DNA from: Sulfolobales archaeon
GTDB taxonomy: Archaea; Thermoproteota; Thermoprotei_A; Sulfolobales; NBVN01
NCBI GenBank assembly: GCA_026413885.1
Contig: JAOAKA010000001.1
Location: 374,075 to 438,074 of the forward strand
DNA length: 64,000 nt
Direction of reading: 5' to 3'
Shown here: positions 39,992-48,523 of the stretch, in pieces
How the letters are laid out: each line of letters begins with the position of its first letter
Position numbering within the stretch: position 1 is the stretch's first letter
Notes under the pieces: model-generated
What the model was told of the DNA's origin: nothing
The model's input: only the letters and a program-made list of their open reading frames with translations
Database searches by the model: none
Position numbers and translations under genes: made by a program

Positions 39992-40222
39992 CTACTTTAT
40001 AGAAATTAAAGTTTTTCTTCGTGAAATAGTGAGTTCTTCGTCTAGGAGACGCAGATTTATTGCTTTAGCTGGACACAGTATTTCACATCCCCTACAGTAT
40101 ATGCAGCTATCTTGGTCTACCTTAAGGTGGTCTCCGAGTAGCTGAAAAACTCTTGTTGGACAGCTCTCTATACAGAGACCGCAGAGATAGCAAGCACTAG
40201 AGATTCTAATCTCTACTTTCAA
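39992..40222 (-). CDS. 2x[4Fe-4S] ferredoxin
   Basis: Two cluster motifs, CYLCGLCIESCP and CIYCRGCEILCP. 76 aa. Confidence 0.85.
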   Translation of the reverse strand: MKVEIRISSACYLCGLCIESCPTRVFQLLGDHLKVDQDSCIYCRGCEILCPAKAINLRLLDEELTISRRKTLISIK

Positions 40223-41015
40223 CGCGTGTAAACCTCTCGTACTCTCCGAGCTTAGACTTAATTAAATGCATTAGCTTATCCATATCGACTGGAAACACAC
40301 CTTTATTCGTTACAGCGTAAGGTATCCAAAACGGATTTGTCGGTGCTCCTCTAAGCTTCTTTATCAGCAGTTCTTTAAGTGGTATACCTATCTTTCTTAA
40401 ATCTTCGTTAACTCTGGTGTATATAACGCCATCGAATAGATGCTCAATATTTCTCTCTAAAGACATCATTTCATCTGTATCTGTATGTAGAACCATGATG
40501 CTGACTATCTTTCTCAGCTTAGATGCGTGAGCTCTAATAGACTTTATCAACATAACTATCTTGGGTATATCGTGAAAGTAGAATAAGTCGTTTAAAGAGT
40601 CTATAACTAGAACACCAGTGTTTTCTAGCTTAAGTTCGTCAATAGAGCTAAGTACTGAGTATACTAGCTCATCCATTTTCTGCACGTTGATGCTCTTCCT
40701 AGAGTAGGCTGACGCTACATATCTACCGGTTGTATAGGTGTAGCCGTCTATTATGTGAAGCAATTCTTTCGAGTAGAACTCTCTCCCAGGCCAGCCGAAA
40801 CTCTCTAGTTGTTCAACGAATGATTCAGGAGAGTCGTCTAGTGCGATATATATGCACTTCTCTCCCTTAAACATGAAGTTAGCTGCTATATGAGCAATCA
40901 GTGCGGACTTACCGGTACCGGATTCACCAGCTACTAGTAGGGTTGAAGAACGCATAACACCTTCGGGAGCACCTATATCGAGAGGTTCTATTCCGAAAGT
41001 AACTCGAAAGCTCAA
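40206..41015 (-). CDS. KaiC/RadA-like (RecA-superfamily) ATPase
   Basis: Walker A GESGTGKS, Walker B VLVIDSL, and a single KaiC-like domain of 269 aa. It overlaps the ferredoxin gene by 17 nt. Confidence 0.8.
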   Translation of the reverse strand: MSFRVTFGIEPLDIGAPEGVMRSSTLLVAGESGTGKSALIAHIAANFMFKGEKCIYIALDDSPESFVEQLESFGWPGREFYSKELLHIIDGYTYTTGRYVASAYSRKSINVQKMDELVYSVLSSIDELKLENTGVLVIDSLNDLFYFHDIPKIVMLIKSIRAHASKLRKIVSIMVLHTDTDEMMSLERNIEHLFDGVIYTRVNEDLRKIGIPLKELLIKKLRGAPTNPFWIPYAVTNKGVFPVDMDKLMHLIKSKLGEYERFTRVESRD

Positions 41016-41120
41016 ATTAACACCATATCTAAATGTCGAATCTGCTTATTATTTTCGATTACCAGTAACTTGCTTAGCCTATATTAGTCTTATCGAAAGC
41101 TCTCAGAGGGTGCTTAAGAA

Positions 41121-41909
41121 GTGAACATGTTGTTTATTGCTGGACCTGCCGGCTCGGGAAAATCTCTACTTACTTCAACACTATCTACGTGGATTGAGAG
41201 ATTTGAGTACTCTGTGTGTAAAGTAAATCTAGATCCAGCATCTGAACTCCTACCTTACGTACCCGACGTCGATGCTAAGAGATATGTAAACGCTAGGGAT
41301 TTAATGATTAAAAGAGGACTTGGACCTAACGGTGCTCTACTAGCTAGTATGGATGAACTACTGAACTATGTTGTAGATATTAAAACAGAGATAGAGGATT
41401 GCAGAGCTGACTACGTTTTAGTAGATCTACCGGGGCAGCTTGAAGTTATAGCATTCAGACTACCAGGTCCTCGATTACTGCAGGAACTAGCCGAGGGGAG
41501 TAAAGCTGCTGTGATCTTCCTTATAGATGCTAGACTTGTTTCAAAGATGTATTCGGCTTACGCTCTCCTACTGCTAGCTCTATCTACTACATATAGACTC
41601 AATCTACCAATGGTTTTAGCTGTAAACAAGGTAGACCTCGTAGTGGATCTCACCACCTACAGTAACAAGAAACTCTACGAGAAACTCTATGAAGCACTAC
41701 CCATATATAGACTACTATCCGAGTACGGTGAGTGTCCATCGGTAATTACTGGTGAGAGCTTTCTCGACGTGTCAGTCTCAGTGCAGCTATGCGAAATCTT
41801 TAGGCAGTTTATAAAGCCACCTACACCTATTTCAGCACGTGAAGCTATAGGTTTAGACGACCTCATTACCGAGATAGAAAACGTTGTAGCTACATATAAA
41901 GAAGGGTGA
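41121..41909 (+). CDS. GPN-loop GTPase
   Basis: P-loop GPAGSGKS, GPN motif LGPNGAL, DLPGQLE and NKVDL. Confidence 0.85.
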   Translation: MNMLFIAGPAGSGKSLLTSTLSTWIERFEYSVCKVNLDPASELLPYVPDVDAKRYVNARDLMIKRGLGPNGALLASMDELLNYVVDIKTEIEDCRADYVLVDLPGQLEVIAFRLPGPRLLQELAEGSKAAVIFLIDARLVSKMYSAYALLLLALSTTYRLNLPMVLAVNKVDLVVDLTTYSNKKLYEKLYEALPIYRLLSEYGECPSVITGESFLDVSVSVQLCEIFRQFIKPPTPISAREAIGLDDLITEIENVVATYKEG

Positions 41910-42033
41910 TCTCTACAATCACTGCGATATACTAAATTCTATTACTACTACAGTTCACTTCAAAGATGCTGAAAGTTCTACTTCTTTATATATGTCTGTG
42001 AAACTACCCTAATGCGACTGGAATACACGGTTG

Positions 42034-42939
42034 CTACCTGAAATATGGTTCTCTCATTTCAATAGCACTAGCTATAGCTTTCGTAAGTTCTGCTTCTTTT
42101 CTTGCTTCAATTAGTGGTCTTAAGTCCTGGTAGAAATTTCCATACAGACATAGCTTCATCCTTCCATTAGGTCCTATGCGTATTCTCGAACACGCAGCAC
42201 ACATCAAAGGATTTCCATAGCCCTTTATTACGTAGACTCTACTACCTGACGGAAGAATGTACACAGTTCTATTCTGAAAAGACTCCATATCTTTTCTAAC
42301 ACTCACAGTTTCGAGATACTGTACTACACTATCTAGATTTACATGTAGCTTCTCGTAGAGCTCTCTACTTACTCCAAGTGGGATGAGCTCTATCAAGTTG
42401 ATGTCCGCACTGTAACTCGAAGCAAAGTGCAGTATATCTGATACCTCATCTACGTTGGGCTTTAAGACTAGGTAGTTTATCTTGAGCTTAATTCCCCACT
42501 TTAGAGCTTTTTCTACTCCCGCTAAAACTCTATCTAGAGAATCAAGACCTGTTAAAGCTGCGTAAATATCTCGCTTGAGAGAGTGGATCGACACATTTAT
42601 GTGGTCTATACCGGCTCTTGCAAGAGATTCTGCGAACTCCTCGAGTAGGTAACCGTTCGTAGTTATAGATGGAATACCACCGTGTCTCCTAACCGAGTTA
42701 ACGACTTCAACTATACCTCCATAGAGTAGAGGCTCACCTCCAGTTATCTTGTAGAACTTCAATCCGAGTTTTACAGCTACCCCTACGAGGAAGTCCCAGT
42801 CCTCCGGAGAGAGTTCTTCATCTACGCGATCAAGTCCTTCTCTATGGCAGTAAATACAGGAGTAGTTACAGCGATTAGTTACAGATAGACGAATGTGTGT
42901 CGCAGGTCTACCAAATCTATCTCTAAGCATTAGGAGCAT
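42034..42939 (-). CDS. moaA: GTP 3',8-cyclase (molybdenum/tungsten cofactor biosynthesis protein A)
   Basis: Radical-SAM CNYSCIYCH, ITGGEPLL and a C-terminal Cys cluster CAACSRIRIGPNGRMKLCLY. Confidence 0.9.
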   Translation of the reverse strand: MLLMLRDRFGRPATHIRLSVTNRCNYSCIYCHREGLDRVDEELSPEDWDFLVGVAVKLGLKFYKITGGEPLLYGGIVEVVNSVRRHGGIPSITTNGYLLEEFAESLARAGIDHINVSIHSLKRDIYAALTGLDSLDRVLAGVEKALKWGIKLKINYLVLKPNVDEVSDILHFASSYSADINLIELIPLGVSRELYEKLHVNLDSVVQYLETVSVRKDMESFQNRTVYILPSGSRVYVIKGYGNPLMCAACSRIRIGPNGRMKLCLYGNFYQDLRPLIEARKEAELTKAIASAIEMREPYFR

Positions 42940-43135
42940 CCAATAAGTATATCTACGAAAAATATTAAGCTAACGTCATTGGACTGCAGACTATCAAACG
43001 CTTTGCGGTATCTATGAATGAGCATGATCATAAAGCCTGGCTTTCAATACTTTCACTCATCTCTCTCAGAGTTAGTACTACTTTTACTCGATAATATAGC
43101 AGGTAGTACCCCCCACATCGCCGTGGAGATAAATC

Positions 43136-43732
43136 TTGAAGTGTCCGTACTGCAGAATTGAAAACTCTCTGGTTTGGGATGAAAATAGAGGTACTGTAGT
43201 GTGCTCTGAATGCGGTACAGTCGTAGACTCCATATATGCTACCGATAGGAGAAGCTTAGAATTCACGGTAGAGTCGTTCAAGGAGAGAATCTCAGTTAAT
43301 ACGAGAAATTTTGGAAAACTCGATATAGTATCTCAAAAGTATTTAGCAATACTAGAGGAAATAAGATGCCATCCCTATCTCTACATAGATAGTGATTCAT
43401 TTAATAAGTATTTGGCACTAGGGAAGAGAGTTAAAGTCATAAAGAGGAGAGCTAGAACACCTAGAGATGAAACTCTGAGTAGAATAGTTTCAATTATGAA
43501 TAAATACCCAAAGCTCTGCTCGAGAACTGATAGAGCTAAATACGCAATAGCTACAATAGCTTACATGCTTGCTACTAACAGTAGTATAAATATGTCTAAT
43601 CTCTCTAAAGAACTAGGCCTCAGTAAGACGCATATAGCGAGATTATTTCGTGTAGTACGAGAGTCCCAGAGCTTTCTCAGTGAAGTAAGAGAGATGACTC
43701 GGACAACAGCTCTCACCGCGATTTCCTACTAA
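43136..43732 (+). CDS. truncated TFB paralogue (Zn ribbon plus a single cyclin/HTH-like region; TFB3-like)
   Basis: N-terminal KCPYC...VVCSECGTVV is a complete TFIIB-type ribbon. The canonical B-reader is absent. The C-terminal LSKELGLSKTHIARLFR resembles the TFB core HTH. 198 aa, TTG start. Confidence 0.65.
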   Translation: MKCPYCRIENSLVWDENRGTVVCSECGTVVDSIYATDRRSLEFTVESFKERISVNTRNFGKLDIVSQKYLAILEEIRCHPYLYIDSDSFNKYLALGKRVKVIKRRARTPRDETLSRIVSIMNKYPKLCSRTDRAKYAIATIAYMLATNSSINMSNLSKELGLSKTHIARLFRVVRESQSFLSEVREMTRTTALTAISY

Positions 43733-43819
43733 ATACTGGGAGGAGTAGGTAAGACTCTAAAATTTAATATCTTTTTAATTCTAAGTCTCACTGCTCTATA
43801 GGCACGGTGTGGGCTGCTT

Positions 43820-45727
43820 CTATGGAGTAAGAAATTCCTGGAGTTTCTTCCTAACTAGAGTGTTGACTAAAGCTCCGTCAGCTCTACCTCTAGCTACCGA
43901 CATTACTTTACCCATTATCAAGCCGATAGATCTCTCAAATCCTCTTGACTTCACTAAATCCGCGTTGGACTTTATAGCTTCTTCAACTATTTTCTCGAGT
44001 TCTTCTACACTCAGTACTCTACGTGATTCTAGAAAATCTTCGAAGCTAGACCCTGAGACAACAACCTTGATAGCTTCTGGAATAACTTCCTTAGCTATTT
44101 CACCTCTACCTACAGCACTCAAAATCTTGACTAAGTCTATGTAGCTTATTCTATCGACTTCAATACCGTCTCTTTTCAGAGACTTCATGTGGACTATCAA
44201 AGTTGAAGCAATTATCTGCGGACTAGTGATATCTCTTAATTCTTCGACTAAGTCTAGATAGAGATGTAGAGAAGGGTCTCTAATGAGTTGAGATGCGAGT
44301 TCTCGCGATATTCCATGCTCTTCAACTAGAATTCTTAGAACGTCTTCTGGTCTAGGTATGGCTATCTTCTCCACTTCCCTTAGTATAGACTCATCAACTC
44401 TCAGTGGAAGTATATCTGTTTCTGGATACATTCTAGCAGCACCAGGCTGTGGACGCAGATACCTGGTAGTGCCATCAGGATTAGCAGCTCTAGTCTCCTT
44501 GGGCACACCTATGAACGCATATTTAAGTCTATTGATGACGGCTTTAAAAGCTCTATCAGCTCTCTCGTAGTCACTCACTATCAATATGAAGGCGTCTCTA
44601 TCTCCGTTAAGACCTAGATATTTATAGAGAGACTCCAGGTCTTTCTCAGAAATTCCGTATGCTGGAAGCTCGTCACTGTGAATTAATCCGCCAACGCTTC
44701 CCCAAGCTTTAGCGTAGTCAGAGAGTTCCGTGCCGAATCTCCTTCCCGAGCAAACTTCTCTCCCTAGTATACCTTTAAAACCCGGTAGTGGTAGAGCATA
44801 AACCTTCATACCTCTATCTAGGCTAGTCTTAATTATCCTACTCCTACAGTCTTTCATTACTTCAGATACATCTATATAAAATTCCGATATGTCTTCAGGT
44901 TTAAGCCTCCTCCTACGAAGTTCTTCTCTAATATCTAGTAGTGAGAGCTGTCTAAGTACTTCATAAGTAATAACTTTAGGTATGAGCTCTAGTTTATCAA
45001 CTCCTTTAACTTCTATTCTCTCCCCACTCTCTATAGATATGTTGAGGTCCTGCCTGATTGTGCCTATCCCCCTCTTAACCTTCCCACTCAACCTCATTAT
45101 GAGCCCTATTCTATACGCTACTCTAAGAGCTTGCTCTGGAGTTCCGATATCTGGGGCTGTGCTTATTTCTATCAATGGAATTCCGAGTCTATCTAGATTG
45201 TAGACTACGTAGTCAGATTCTTCAGCTATTTTTCTAGCTGCGTCTTCTTCTAGGGCGATAGTCTGAATTCCGACAGCTCCATCTTCATCCTCAATAGAGC
45301 CACCTAGAGCTATGATAGCTGTTCTCTGAAATCCAGCTGTATTGGACCCATCGACGACAATCTTCCTCATTACATATACTTCATCGACAGGTCTAGCGTT
45401 TAGGGCTTTCGCTATTGATAGAGAGATCACTAGTGCTTCTCTATTGATATCGTGAGGAGGTTCCTCATCTAGTTCCACTAGGCAGGCGTGGCCCTCGGGA
45501 ATTCTGTAGACTATCTTTCTACCTCTAGCAATTTCATATAGAGCTGCTGGATCTATTTCACCTAGTTCAGACTTACTTAACCACAAATTGCGGGTTACCT
45601 CACGATACTTCACATTTTCTGGTGCTAGCTTAGTGGGACAGCTACAGAAGAGCTTAAATTTGCTATCTAGTTGTTGATGTATTTCAAGCCCAACTTTAAG
45701 TCCTAACTTCCTATACTCAATCTCCAT
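43820..45727 (-). CDS. gatE: Glu-tRNA(Gln) amidotransferase subunit E
   Basis: 635 aa with GLKVGLEIHQQL.. at the N-terminus, GatB-like core motifs and a C-terminal YqeY-like domain. It overlaps gatD. Confidence 0.95.
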   Translation of the reverse strand: MEIEYRKLGLKVGLEIHQQLDSKFKLFCSCPTKLAPENVKYREVTRNLWLSKSELGEIDPAALYEIARGRKIVYRIPEGHACLVELDEEPPHDINREALVISLSIAKALNARPVDEVYVMRKIVVDGSNTAGFQRTAIIALGGSIEDEDGAVGIQTIALEEDAARKIAEESDYVVYNLDRLGIPLIEISTAPDIGTPEQALRVAYRIGLIMRLSGKVKRGIGTIRQDLNISIESGERIEVKGVDKLELIPKVITYEVLRQLSLLDIREELRRRRLKPEDISEFYIDVSEVMKDCRSRIIKTSLDRGMKVYALPLPGFKGILGREVCSGRRFGTELSDYAKAWGSVGGLIHSDELPAYGISEKDLESLYKYLGLNGDRDAFILIVSDYERADRAFKAVINRLKYAFIGVPKETRAANPDGTTRYLRPQPGAARMYPETDILPLRVDESILREVEKIAIPRPEDVLRILVEEHGISRELASQLIRDPSLHLYLDLVEELRDITSPQIIASTLIVHMKSLKRDGIEVDRISYIDLVKILSAVGRGEIAKEVIPEAIKVVVSGSSFEDFLESRRVLSVEELEKIVEEAIKSNADLVKSRGFERSIGLIMGKVMSVARGRADGALVNTLVRKKLQEFLTP

Positions 45728-47039
45728 GATACCACCTAGGGAAGACTTCCAAACTCTGGGAATTCCCTATCTCATTAGCCATATTAGACACAAGCTTTAG
45801 CTTTATTTCAGCAGGGCCATCTTCCGGAAAGTTTCCGAGGAGCCAAGAGAGCTTCACGAAAGCTACCTCAGGAACCATATCGTCTACCGGCACTACTCCA
45901 GCCTTAAGTAGCTTGCGACCAGTTGTATATACATCTAAGTCTACACGACCGAAGATAGTTTGAGTAGCCATAGCTACAACAACACCTGAGTCCGTGGCTC
46001 TCTTAATGCTTTCAACACATTCTTCCCTTACGTGACCTAGTCCAGTGCCCTCGATGACCACTCCTCTATAGCCTCTATCTGCTAGGTAGTCAAAGATTTC
46101 GCAGTCTATCCCAGGATAGGACTTAACAACCGATACTTTGTTACTGAACTTATTTAACACGTATATATCGGAACTCCTGGTTCTAGGGAGGAATCTCCTG
46201 TTTAATAGCTCAAATCTTCTCTCTCTAATGTAAACTCTGGCTAGAGGAATATCGTTAATTGATTGAAAAGCATCTCTCCTACTTGAATGCATTTTTCTAA
46301 CTCGAACACCTCTATGAACGAGAGCGTATAAGTCGTCGGTAGTTCCATGCATAACTACCGCGACTTCAGCAAATGGAGCATCTCTAACTACTATCGGGCA
46401 CGCTTTTAGATTATATAGAGCATCTGTACTCGGTCTATCACTACTTCTTTGAGCACCAACTAAGAGTACTGGATTCCCGAGATTTCTGAGTGAGAAAGCT
46501 AGTGCGGCAGCAGTATACGACATTGTATCTGTACCGTGAGCTACTACAACCCCGTCAACACCAGCTTTAAGATGTCTACCAACTTCTTCAGATATGTGAG
46601 ACCAGTCTTCGGGAGTCATATTCTCACTGAGCTTTCTCATGAAGTCTACTACAACTAACTCACTAGACAACTCTCGAAAGTCTGGAGCAAACTCGACTAA
46701 GTCACTAGCACTTAAAGCTGGTTTAACCGCACCTGTTTCATATTCTACCTTACTAACAATAGTTCCTCCAGTGCTAACAAAACCGATCTTAAGACTTCCA
46801 CTACCTCTAACTATAGACATCTCGCGAAATTCTTCAGAAACTACCGGCTTAGTGTATTTCTCCGCTAAAACCTCGATGACAGCATCATCAAGAGAAATAC
46901 CTATATTGTATCCATTTGAAAGCTTCACTACCAGGTGTTTTTCTGAGGTAAACTCTGTAGAGGGAAGTACCACTCCCTCAACTACTAGACCTCCTTTTTT
47001 AACTACCCTGATGAAGTCTCCGGGTCTTACATCAACCAC
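45717..47039 (-). CDS. gatD: Glu-tRNA(Gln) amidotransferase subunit D
   Basis: 440 aa with an asparaginase-like domain (STGGTI, HGTDTM) and an N-terminal GatD-specific domain. Confidence 0.95.
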   Translation of the reverse strand: MVDVRPGDFIRVVKKGGLVVEGVVLPSTEFTSEKHLVVKLSNGYNIGISLDDAVIEVLAEKYTKPVVSEEFREMSIVRGSGSLKIGFVSTGGTIVSKVEYETGAVKPALSASDLVEFAPDFRELSSELVVVDFMRKLSENMTPEDWSHISEEVGRHLKAGVDGVVVAHGTDTMSYTAAALAFSLRNLGNPVLLVGAQRSSDRPSTDALYNLKACPIVVRDAPFAEVAVVMHGTTDDLYALVHRGVRVRKMHSSRRDAFQSINDIPLARVYIRERRFELLNRRFLPRTRSSDIYVLNKFSNKVSVVKSYPGIDCEIFDYLADRGYRGVVIEGTGLGHVREECVESIKRATDSGVVVAMATQTIFGRVDLDVYTTGRKLLKAGVVPVDDMVPEVAFVKLSWLLGNFPEDGPAEIKLKLVSNMANEIGNSQSLEVFPRWYHGD

Positions 47040-47313
47040 CTATTATCGCACCGCCAAGTAGAGAGTGTTAAACATATTAGCTATACCTCAGTAGTCTAGA
47101 CACCAGCCGTGTCAAAGAAAATTTCATAAAACACTCCACACAGCTCCACTCTTTAGTACGTTAACTAAATGTAGTTACTACGTATACTACGTCAGGAATT
47201 TGTGATTACGTGTGCGGTATTGTTTTAACCCAATAGTGTTACGTAGTGTGTTCGAGCGTGGGCTCTATCTAGCTTAAAAACCTACTAATGTAGGCTACTT
47301 GGGTAGTCAGAAC

Positions 47314-47547
47314 GTGGGTAAAATATATACTTCACTGATTAAAAGGTCTGCGAGGAAGCTAATGGAGATGTATCCGGGTGAGGTATCTGAAGACTTCGAA
47401 AAGAATAAGGAACTAGTAGCTAAGTACGTAGATGTAAAATCAAAGAAGCTCAGAAATCAGATAGCCGGCTACTTAACTAGATTAGTTAAACTATCTAAGA
47501 AAGTGGAGGTTCTCCCTCAAACAGCGGAGGTTTCTGATGAGAGTTAG
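47314..47547 (+). CDS. rps17e: 30S ribosomal protein S17e
   Basis: MGKIYTSLIKRSARKLMEMYP...DFEKNK matches the S17e N-terminus. GTG 47314 is the preferred start; the ORF track opens at TTG 47299. Confidence 0.88.
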   Translation: MGKIYTSLIKRSARKLMEMYPGEVSEDFEKNKELVAKYVDVKSKKLRNQIAGYLTRLVKLSKKVEVLPQTAEVSDES

Positions 47548-48292
47548 AATAGAGCTCTACGGTTTCTTGAGAAGCTTGCTCAACTCGAAAGAAATAGATG
47601 TAGAGGTTTCAGAGAACTCCACCTTGAGGGAGGTGCTTTCTACAGTCTATAATCGAATACCTGAGCTCCGCGAAGAAGCTATAGCTGTCGACGGAAGTCT
47701 TAAGCCTTACTTCATGTTGTTCATTAATGAAGTAGACTACGAGCTTCTCGGTGGATACAACTATATAGTAAGAGACGGCGATATCATACAGCTAGTTCCA
47801 GTAAGTCACGGTGGATCTAGCGGGCCCTTGGAGGAATACCTCAATCAAGTAGGCTCAATAAGGATTTCCGTGTGTTTAGTTGACGAGAAACTCGCTGAAG
47901 AATTGATCAACAATGTAGATTTAGTTAACTGTTCATGTGTAGCTCAAGTAATACCTATAAAGTACTACTACGGAAGAAAATACTCAGCACTAGTATCCTA
48001 TCTAACACTACGCTCGTTCAAGCTAGGACTAAACGTAAGTAAGAAGAAGTCTCTAGAGTTCCTTTTGTACTACTTCGGAGATAGACAGATAAGTAGTGTA
48101 CTTAAATTATTGAGAGATGAGCGATCTATAAAATACGTAGCTATTCACGCATGTCTACCTGAAGCCGCAGAATCTGAGGACTTCTTCACTAAGATACTAA
48201 CTAAGTGTGAGAAAACTCCTGAAGAACCTCAAGAAGTACCTGAAGAAGCGTTCAATAAACTCACACTAGGTATATTTAAGATATTATCGTAG
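47537..48292 (+). CDS. cgi121: fusion protein: MoaD/ThiS-like ubiquitin-fold domain (ends ...VPVSHGG) plus KEOPS subunit Cgi121
   Basis: Residues 1-92 look like a beta-grasp sulfur carrier with a terminal-type GG. The C-terminal 160 aa carries the Cgi121 signature LEFLLYYFGDRQISSVLKLL. The ATG overlaps the rps17e stop. Confidence 0.7.
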   Translation: MRVRIELYGFLRSLLNSKEIDVEVSENSTLREVLSTVYNRIPELREEAIAVDGSLKPYFMLFINEVDYELLGGYNYIVRDGDIIQLVPVSHGGSSGPLEEYLNQVGSIRISVCLVDEKLAEELINNVDLVNCSCVAQVIPIKYYYGRKYSALVSYLTLRSFKLGLNVSKKKSLEFLLYYFGDRQISSVLKLLRDERSIKYVAIHACLPEAAESEDFFTKILTKCEKTPEEPQEVPEEAFNKLTLGIFKILS

Positions 48293-48349
48293 TTTTCCTA
48301 CTCTAAAACTTATAAAACTAAAATATAGGGATTAGTTGAGTGACAGCAA

Positions 48350-48436
48350 ATGTTGTTCGAGGAAGAAGAGTGGTGGGAAGAGGAAGAGGAGTGGTGGGAG
48401 GAAGAGGAGGAAGAGTGGGAGGAAGAGGAAGAATAA
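48350..48436 (+). CDS. candidate micro-ORF MLFEEEEWWEEEEEWWEEEEEEWEEEEE (28 aa)
   Basis: ATG-to-TAA frame read directly from the sequence. TATA-like elements lie at 48310-48327 and a T-run (CTCTTTTC) follows the stop. The same segment is also a polypurine tract. Confidence 0.3.
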   Translation: MLFEEEEWWEEEEEWWEEEEEEWEEEEE

Positions 48437-48523
48437 TCCCACCCTCTTTTCGTAAACTATTTTTATGTTTTAAGTCTAGTTTGTGTATTAGAACAATAGC
48501 CTTCTAAATCTTCGGGTGATTCC

